Assembly (NCBI GenBank): GCA_964596875.1
Contig: CAZQVT010000001.1
Span: 42,514 to 106,513, forward strand
DNA: 64,000 nucleotides
Source of the DNA: an uncultured Candidatus Saccharibacteria bacterium
GTDB taxonomy: Bacteria; Patescibacteriota; Minisyncoccia; Phycocordibacterales; DATDWN01
Direction: 5' to 3'
The stretch's first letter is position 1; every line of letters starts with the position of its first letter. The position numbers were made by a program, and so were the translations under genes. Shown here one piece after another: positions 55,561 through 61,969 of the stretch. The notes below the pieces were generated by a model. It searched no databases. It worked only from the letters and a program-made list of their open reading frames with translations, and was not told where the DNA came from.

Positions 55561-56820
55561 ATGAAAACAAATAGATTAGTATTTTCTAAAATTTCTGCAG
55601 GGGCTTTGGTTTCAGCAATGGCACTTTCAGCACTTATATATGGTACTGCTTTTGCGGCAACTACGCCTTCAGTAAATGTGTCTATAAACAACGAAAGTAA
55701 TGCAAATGTAACTTCTGTTCCAGTGGGAACTGTGGTTCATTTGAACACATCTGTTTCTTCATCTACTGGTCCGGTGGCTACTGGAACTATAGATTTTAGT
55801 TCATACGCAAACACGACATGTTCTGGTACTGCAACAGTACAAACTGGTGTGGCACTTGTAAACGGTGGTGCAAATTCTGCAACAACAACTGTTGGCTCAA
55901 ATGGGCTTTCATACAAAGCTTCATATGTTGCAACAGGTGATGTGTACTCATCTACAACAAGTTCATGTGTTTCAGTGCAGGCAGTTTCAACTGGTGTAAC
56001 TTTGAACACAACACTTTCTACTACAACAGTAGTTCAAGGAACAAGTGTTTCTCAAAGTTCTGCGCTAAATGGTGCCACAGCAAACGCAACAGGTACTGTT
56101 AGTTATGGTTTTTACACAAACAACTCATGTTCAGCTAACAGAGTTTTAGCAGGTGTAAAAAATGTTTCAAGCGCAGTTGTGCCACAATCTGACTTAGTTC
56201 AGTTCAACACAGTGGGAACTTTTTACTGGCGAGCAGACTATAGTGGAGACCAGTTCAATAATGCAGTAAATGGTCCATGCCAAACATTGTCAGTGCTTTC
56301 AAGTTCAACACCAGTTACTCCAACTCCGGTTGGTCCAGGTTCACTTTCAGGAACTGCATACAATGACCTGAACAAAAACAGAACAAGAGACAATGGGGAA
56401 GCGGGAATTTCAGGATTCACTATAAAACTTTACGGAGGAACATTTTGGTGGAACTGGGGTAAACCAAAAGCAGTTGCTACAACAACTACTGATGCAAATG
56501 GAAATTATTCATTTACAGGTCTGCAAGATGGTTTGTACAGAATAGAAGAAATAAAACTTAATGGTTGGAACCAAATCTCAAGTGACTATAGATGGGTGCT
56601 CCTAATAAATGGAAAAAGTCTAACTGGTCTAGATTTTGCAAATACTGCAAAAGTAAATGCATCTAGTACGGCGACAACTACACCACCTAGAAAAGATGAC
56701 GATCATAAAAACAAGGGACAAGAAAAGAAAGAGGAACAAAGAGAAAAAAAGATAAACAAACTTTTTGAGAAGATAAACAAAATAGAAAACAAGGGAAAGG
56801 GAAATGGTAAGAATCATTAA
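55561..56820 (+). CDS. Secreted S/T-rich Ig-like protein with SdrD B-like domain and basic tail
   Basis: Signal peptide; two ~100-aa Cys-paired repeats; G.AYNDLN.N..RDNGE.G, TTTDANGNYSF.GL..G.Y. Confidence 0.8.
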   Translation: MKTNRLVFSKISAGALVSAMALSALIYGTAFAATTPSVNVSINNESNANVTSVPVGTVVHLNTSVSSSTGPVATGTIDFSSYANTTCSGTATVQTGVALVNGGANSATTTVGSNGLSYKASYVATGDVYSSTTSSCVSVQAVSTGVTLNTTLSTTTVVQGTSVSQSSALNGATANATGTVSYGFYTNNSCSANRVLAGVKNVSSAVVPQSDLVQFNTVGTFYWRADYSGDQFNNAVNGPCQTLSVLSSSTPVTPTPVGPGSLSGTAYNDLNKNRTRDNGEAGISGFTIKLYGGTFWWNWGKPKAVATTTTDANGNYSFTGLQDGLYRIEEIKLNGWNQISSDYRWVLLINGKSLTGLDFANTAKVNASSTATTTPPRKDDDHKNKGQEKKEEQREKKINKLFEKINKIENKGKGNGKNH

Positions 56821-56936
56821 AATCTAAAACAAAAACCTCGCAGATATGCGAGGTTTTTGTTTGCAAAATTTTGTATAAAGAAAAAGCCGGCGGTCCCCAA
56901 CGAATGGGGACCCCGACTTGTGCGCTTGTTGCCGAC

Positions 56937-57143
56937 CTACTGGCTCGCCTCGACCTTGTACTCGGCCGTCAGGCCACGGACGTAGCCGAGCTGGGCCGAG
57001 ACGGCGTTGAGGCGGGGGACGCTCGGGTCCTTCCACGGCTCGTTGCCGAACATCGGCGGCTCGACGGCCCCCATGGCGACGATCGCGGGATCGACGATGG
57101 CGGGCATTCCGAAGTGCAACTGACGGCTCTGCTGCTTTGACAT
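56937..57143 (-). CDS. Orphan protein, GC-rich unit 11
   Basis: TTGACA-17-TAAGAT, AAGGAG SD, terminator at 56880-56917. Confidence 0.65.
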   Translation of the reverse strand: MSKQQSRQLHFGMPAIVDPAIVAMGAVEPPMFGNEPWKDPSVPRLNAVSAQLGYVRGLTAEYKVEASQ

Positions 57144-57256
57144 GCGGTGTCACTCCTTAACGTACATCTTAGCACACTATACTGCATCTGTCAAGTATAA
57201 AATAAAGAGAAAATTTTATGAAATGAAACTTTTCCACAGTTTTATTTTGCTGTTTA

Positions 57257-57285
57257 TTGACCGGTGAACTATAGTTCACTACAAT
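57257..57285 (+). promoter_or_regulatory. lexA operon promoter with SOS-box-like operator
   Basis: TTGACC-17-TACAAT with perfect GTGAAC-TATA-GTTCAC filling the spacer. Confidence 0.85.
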
Positions 57286-57348
57286 ACAAATATAACAAAA
57301 CCAGGGTTTGAAAAATTATAAAAATTATAAAGATAACAAATAAAAAAC

Positions 57349-57540
57349 ATGACACAATTAAATTTGGAAAGATCATTGCGAGCACAACTAGAGACACTAA
57401 ATGATATAATAGACAGGAAAATAGTTAGAGGAGTTTCATACGCACGAGAGGCACGTGAACACAAACAAATTTTAACAAGACTTTCAAATCTAAAAAGAAA
57501 CAGATCTTTGTGGTCATTTAGATCTCTATCACTAGCATAA
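57349..57540 (+). CDS. Small basic protein upstream of lexA
   Basis: 63 aa, ends 2 nt before the lexA ATG. Confidence 0.65.
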   Translation: MTQLNLERSLRAQLETLNDIIDRKIVRGVSYAREAREHKQILTRLSNLKRNRSLWSFRSLSLA

Positions 57541-57542
57541 AT

Positions 57543-58124
57543 ATGTCTACAGAAAAATATTCATCATATCGCGACAAAATACTTTCTTTCTATCGTACTA
57601 ACAGACGCATGCCTGGGTATAACGAGATCATGCAGATGGTTGGCTTCAAATCCAAGAATGCGGTTTATAAACTCATCAACAAACTAGTTGATGACGAAGT
57701 TTTGGAAAAGGACAGTAACGGAAAACTAACTCCTCTTAAAATTTTTGGAGAAACTCCACTACTTGGTTTGGTAGAGGCTGGTATCCCAACTACAGTAGAC
57801 CAGGACAACACAGAGTCACTAAACCTGGATGAGTATCTTATAGGTCGCAATAAAAATTCTACATATCTTTTAGAAGTAAAAGGCGACTCTATGATAGATG
57901 AAGGTATTCGTGAAGGTGACTTGGTTTTGGTAGAACGCAGAGGCGACCCAAAGGATGGCGACATAGTTATTGCCGAAGTAGATGGTGGTTGGACAATGAA
58001 GTATTTCAAAAAGAAAGGGAATACTGTTTACCTAAAACCTGCAAACAAAAACTATGCGCCCATTTATCCAGCATATGATTTGAAAATTGCGGCAATTGTT
58101 CGCGGAGTAATAAGGAAATATTAA
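57543..58124 (+). CDS. lexA: LexA-family repressor (wHTH + S24 peptidase)
   Basis: P.Y.EI...G.KS, VEAG.P cleavage site, V.GDSM, TMK catalytic Lys. Confidence 0.88.
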   Translation: MSTEKYSSYRDKILSFYRTNRRMPGYNEIMQMVGFKSKNAVYKLINKLVDDEVLEKDSNGKLTPLKIFGETPLLGLVEAGIPTTVDQDNTESLNLDEYLIGRNKNSTYLLEVKGDSMIDEGIREGDLVLVERRGDPKDGDIVIAEVDGGWTMKYFKKKGNTVYLKPANKNYAPIYPAYDLKIAAIVRGVIRKY

Positions 58125-58246
58125 ATCTCTTTTTCCTCATAACTTTTTTGTAAACAGAATAAATTTCTGCTGAAATTTTTCTTCGCGCTCATCTCTACAC
58201 GGGTTCCGCGATGTTCCAAAAAAATTATGACTCAATGAGATTTAAT
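58120..58246 (-). repeat. Family C hairpin element (without nested D module)
   Basis: Reverse strand reads ttgagtcataattttt..ggaacatcgcgga...cgaagaaaa.tttc...ttattctgttt.ca.aaaagttatg, matching 7851-8047. Confidence 0.85.
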
Positions 58247-58264
58247 TTGTGTTAAAATTGTTTA

Positions 58265-58882
58265 ATGAAAAAAAAGTTTTTATACATCGGAGGTCTAGTT
58301 CTTTTACTTCTAGCATATTTTTTCTTTTTTAGTGAAAATAAACAAATAAAGAACTATCCATCTTCTGGTACAGATATCGTTGCCTTTGGTGATAGTCTTA
58401 TACAGGGAGTAGGTGCTACTAGTGAAAACACTAACCTTGTTTCGGTTTTATCTAGACGTATAGGTAAACCAATAGTAAACCTTGGAGTTTCTGGAAACAC
58501 TACAGAGGACGGTTTAAAAAGGTCGGGGGAACTAGATAAATACAATCCAAAAGTAGTTATTGTTCTACTCGGTGGTAACGACTATTTGAGAAAAGTTCCA
58601 ATAGACGACACATTTAAAAATCTTGAAAAAATTATAAAAAATATTCAAAGTCGCGGTGCGGTGGTTCTGCTTCTCGGTGTTCGTGGAGGAATAGTGACAG
58701 ATAAGTTTGATGAAAGGTTTGAGGACTTAGCGGAGAAAACTGGTTCGGCTTTTGTTTCAAATGTTTTAGACGGTTTAATAACCAAAGAAGAGTTCATGTC
58801 TGACCCAATACATCCAAACGATACTGGTTATGCAAAAATTGCTATAAGAGTTTACCCTGTGCTGTATAAGTTAGTTAAATAA
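58265..58882 (+). CDS. SGNH/GDSL arylesterase-like hydrolase
   Basis: FGDSL, GVSG.T, GGND, D.IHPN. Confidence 0.92.
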   Translation: MKKKFLYIGGLVLLLLAYFFFFSENKQIKNYPSSGTDIVAFGDSLIQGVGATSENTNLVSVLSRRIGKPIVNLGVSGNTTEDGLKRSGELDKYNPKVVIVLLGGNDYLRKVPIDDTFKNLEKIIKNIQSRGAVVLLLGVRGGIVTDKFDERFEDLAEKTGSAFVSNVLDGLITKEEFMSDPIHPNDTGYAKIAIRVYPVLYKLVK

Positions 58883-59172
58883 TGAAACAGACTTACAAAT
58901 TTAAAGCTAAAGTTTGGCCGTGGGGAGATGTGGGTTCCTGGTGGTTTGTAAATGTTCCAGAAAAAATCTGTAAGGAAATAAGAAGTAAGTATCCAAAAGG
59001 AATGGTCAGAATAAATGTGAGTTTGGGTAAGTCAAAGTATGACAGCGCCTTGTTTCCAAACAAAAACTCTAAGGGAGAGTTTGGTTACCTTTTGTCCATA
59101 AGGAAAAAAGTTAGGCAAAAAGAAGAAATTCTTGAAAATGATACAATTACAGTGTCTTTTGTAATAGTATGA
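58882..59172 (+). CDS. DUF1905-like protein
   Basis: F.AKVW.W...W.FV.VP, LFP, Y.L.I.KKVR. Confidence 0.75.
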   Translation: MKQTYKFKAKVWPWGDVGSWWFVNVPEKICKEIRSKYPKGMVRINVSLGKSKYDSALFPNKNSKGEFGYLLSIRKKVRQKEEILENDTITVSFVIV

Positions 59173-59423
59173 AAATTCAGGTAAAAGTAAAACCAAACAG
59201 TAAGAAAGCGACAGTGGAAAGAGTTAGCCAACCAACTTTGGACTTGGGTTTGAAAAAAGAAATAGATGTATACAAAGTTTCTGTAAAAGAGCCTCCGGTA
59301 GATGGAAAGGCAAACAAGGCTGTGCTAAAAGCCTTGGCAGAATACTTTGAGGTATCGCAGTCGCAAGTAGGTCTGGTTTCCGGTTCTACAAGTAAAAATA
59401 AAATTTTTGAAATACTAAAATGA
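59169..59423 (+). CDS. DUF167/YggU-family protein
   Basis: VKVKPNS, PPVDGKAN, SG.TSK.K. Confidence 0.9.
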   Translation: MKIQVKVKPNSKKATVERVSQPTLDLGLKKEIDVYKVSVKEPPVDGKANKAVLKALAEYFEVSQSQVGLVSGSTSKNKIFEILK

Positions 59424-59923
59424 AAAAAGTAACTGTTAAAAACAAAATGCAGAAGGGCTACACATACGAACTGCAAGAGCCAGTGGGTAAAAACTTTCAC
59501 AAAGATTTTCAACCAGAACTTACTCCAAAACAAATGTTGGAACTTGGAGTTTTTGGTGGTAAATACATGAATGATGTTTCAGAAACAGACGAGTATCCAA
59601 AAGACTGGTGGAAAAATGCAAAACTTTCTTTGAAAAGAGACCCGAAACTAAATTTGTTTGGAGTAAATGCTAGTCAGCCACTTTCTGTATGGAGAAAGAA
59701 AGGTTGGATAAATGAACAAGACCCACGGGGTTGGTTTGAATGGTACTGTAGATATTATATGGGAAGAAGAACCTTGGACGATGCACGACAAATAAAACGA
59801 TGGAAGGCAATAACTCGTCATATAGCGCAGATTGGGAAAAATTGTAGAGTGGGAGACTTTGCATGCCATACAAAACAAAGACAAGCGGTGCTACACTGGG
59901 CATACGACAGTAGAAAGATGTAA
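59420..59923 (+). CDS. Conserved hypothetical protein
   Basis: PELTP.QML.LGVFGG.Y, DPRGWFEWYCRY.MGRR, RQA.LHWA. Confidence 0.8.
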   Translation: MKKVTVKNKMQKGYTYELQEPVGKNFHKDFQPELTPKQMLELGVFGGKYMNDVSETDEYPKDWWKNAKLSLKRDPKLNLFGVNASQPLSVWRKKGWINEQDPRGWFEWYCRYYMGRRTLDDARQIKRWKAITRHIAQIGKNCRVGDFACHTKQRQAVLHWAYDSRKM

Positions 59924-59924
59924 T

Positions 59925-60194
59925 ATGAAAAAAGAAATTAAAACATTTACTGAAAAAGTTAAGGACGTGGTAAGAAAAATACCCCGTGGAAAAACTATGA
60001 CTTATGCAGAAGTGGCCAAAAAAGCAGGTAGTCCTGGAGCATCCCGTGCTGTGGGAAGTATTATGAAAGCGAACTTCGACCCAAAGATTCCGTGTCACAG
60101 AGTCATCCGTTCGGATGGAAAAGTTGGGGAGTACAACAGAGGTGGAAGCTCAAAAAAACTCGCTCTACTCAAAAAGGAAGGTTGGAAACAGTAG
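59925..60194 (+). CDS. MGMT-family DNA alkyltransferase (C-terminal domain only)
   Basis: IP.G...TY.EVA, RAVG, PCHRV active-site Cys. Confidence 0.9.
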   Translation: MKKEIKTFTEKVKDVVRKIPRGKTMTYAEVAKKAGSPGASRAVGSIMKANFDPKIPCHRVIRSDGKVGEYNRGGSSKKLALLKKEGWKQ

Positions 60195-60210
60195 GAACTA
60201 TTTCCAAAAG

Positions 60211-60276
60211 CTTTTCAGATATTTTATGAGTCTGGCGAAGTAAAATATCGAAAAGGTGTACTGCTCCTGTAAGGAG
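60211..60276 (+). repeat. Family D element, 5'-truncated copy
   Basis: ttttcagatattttatgag...taaaatatcgaaaaggtgtactg-ctcc-tgtaa-ggag, nearly identical to the 3' part of the 33432 copy. Confidence 0.85.
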
Positions 60277-60349
60277 GGGGCTATGAGCTACTTTTATTAA
60301 ATAATAGGCGATAGTATAATAAAGTACATTATAAATAGTCTTAAAAAAT

Positions 60350-60898
60350 ATGAGTAATAAAGTTATTGCAGTTGTGGTGGGAGTGGTTGTAGTTCTGGGC
60401 GGAGCATATTATGCAATGAGAGGAACTTCTACAGAAGTTCCAAATACAAACTCTATTGCAGTGGGTGAACCAAATCCTAGTACACCAAGTGAAAATACTT
60501 CAGGAAAGAAAATGTCATTTGATGCATTTCTAAAACAAGGAGGTTCATATGTCTGTACAGTTAACCAGTCTGTAGAGGGAATCGACAGTAAAGGTACAGT
60601 ATACGTAAATGCTGGAAATGTTCGTGGAGATTTTTCTACGACAGTTTCAGGTATGAATATTTCTACAATGTTTTTGGTGAAGGATGGTTTTTCTTACACT
60701 TGGTCAAACATGATGCAGGGCAAGGGTTACAAAGTACCAGTAAATGCATCTGGTAGTGGAAATACTTCCGCTGGAACATCTGGTCAGTATAGTTGGAATG
60801 CAGAACAAATAGGTGATTATGATTGCAAGCCTTGGAGCGCGGACGCATCAAAGTTTGCAATGCCTAGTAGTGTAGTTTTTACTGAGGTTAAAAATTAA
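60350..60898 (+). CDS. Membrane-anchored exported hypothetical protein
   Basis: N-terminal TM, beta-rich domain with a Cys pair. Confidence 0.75.
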   Translation: MSNKVIAVVVGVVVVLGGAYYAMRGTSTEVPNTNSIAVGEPNPSTPSENTSGKKMSFDAFLKQGGSYVCTVNQSVEGIDSKGTVYVNAGNVRGDFSTTVSGMNISTMFLVKDGFSYTWSNMMQGKGYKVPVNASGSGNTSAGTSGQYSWNAEQIGDYDCKPWSADASKFAMPSSVVFTEVKN

Positions 60899-60915
60899 AA
60901 AATTAATTTAAAAAA

Positions 60916-61314
60916 ATGATAACAATTCTTATCGCAGCGGTAGCAGCATTTGTTTTCGGAGCATTTTGGTTCACAGTGCTTTTTGGTAAGGAGTGGGCAA
61001 GACTTAACGACTTTAATCCTGCTAGTGACGAAAGAGCAAAACAACTAGGCATGGCAAAGCCTTTGTTTGCAAACTTTCTTTCAAATGTGCTAGTGGCTAC
61101 AGTTTTCTACTACATGATAGACCAGATGTTGGTTTACTCATATGCAGGACTACTACGAGTAGTGTTTATTGTGTGGCTTGGCTTTAGTTTTCCAATATTT
61201 GCCAATGCAGCAATATGGGAAAGAAAGAGCTGGAAACTGGTTGCAATTAACTCTGCGCAAAACCTATTGGCGCTGGCTATTATTTCTGGAATCATTTTCA
61301 AAATGCATTACTAG
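60916..61314 (+). CDS. DUF1761-like membrane protein
   Basis: AAF.FGA.WF..LFGK.W; 4 TM. Confidence 0.8.
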   Translation: MITILIAAVAAFVFGAFWFTVLFGKEWARLNDFNPASDERAKQLGMAKPLFANFLSNVLVATVFYYMIDQMLVYSYAGLLRVVFIVWLGFSFPIFANAAIWERKSWKLVAINSAQNLLALAIISGIIFKMHY

Positions 61315-61393
61315 GTCCCAGACTATATACTATATATAAGCAGAGCCGCCCCGAAGTCCTTGCTAGGACCTCGGGGCGTGTTCGTTGGGGGAC

Positions 61394-61588
61394 TCAGATC
61401 CTCCCCATCAGGATATCGCGTTGAATGAAGGCGTGCCGCACAGCGGTATTCAGGTTCCTTCCGAAACCGATGACAACTCGGTCCATCTTGTCGGTGAACC
61501 TGAAGTACCACCGCATGTTAGGTCCCTGGGGAGAGTTTCCCAGGTACCCGTAGTCACTCTTGGCTATCACTTCTTTGTTTACAACCAC
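61394..61588 (-). CDS. Orphan protein, GC-rich unit 12
   Basis: TTGACT-17-TAGTCT, GGAGGTGA SD + GTG, hairpin cgccccga/tcggggcg downstream. Confidence 0.65.
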   Translation of the reverse strand: MVVNKEVIAKSDYGYLGNSPQGPNMRWYFRFTDKMDRVVIGFGRNLNTAVRHAFIQRDILMGRI

Positions 61589-61687
61589 CTCACCTCCCTC
61601 CAGCGCTCTGTAAAAAAGACTACCTATTTAAGGGCGGGGAGTCAAACCCGACTTTTTGGCCAGAAGTCAAACACAGTGTTAATAGTA

Positions 61688-61696
61688 TGTGGATAA
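61688..61696 (-). promoter_or_regulatory. Perfect DnaA-box consensus
   Basis: TTATCCACA on the minus strand, 15 bp upstream of the rpoB -35. Confidence 0.45.
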
Positions 61697-61711
61697 GTTT
61701 GTTGACTTTTG

Positions 61712-61740
61712 TTGACAAAAGTTAACCCTTGACATATACT
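61712..61740 (+). promoter_or_regulatory. rpoB promoter
   Basis: TTGACA-17-TATACT. Confidence 0.7.
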
Positions 61741-61969
61741 CTTAGTTGCTTCACATGATTGAGTTTTGGCAGGGGCAAGATAGAATCTAGGGTTTATTCG
61801 GGGTTTAATAGTTCTATACTATTTTGCAGTTCAATCGCTAACAGTTTAAGAGTTTCAAAATAGCCATCCAATGCGGGGATGGTTCGTTTTGTTTGTCTTA
61901 AACTGAGGGTGACTGAAAGCACCTCGAGGTTTTCTTTTATTAATAGTAGGTGGGGTAAATATTATTTTT

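Noticed and set aside
882-60276. CRISPR array interpretation of the repeated motifs
   Set aside because: Repeats are dispersed singly, not tandem with unique spacers; no cas genes in the window.
6898-61645. Integron cassettes or a single prophage as the explanation for the GC-rich units
   Set aside because: No intI or integrase, no recognisable attC (RYYYAAC...GTTRRRY) boundaries; units are scattered on both strands between core genes with their own promoters.
57230-61696. Replication origin from DnaA-like boxes (57230, 61688)
   Set aside because: Only isolated boxes; no cluster and no dnaA/dnaN in the window.
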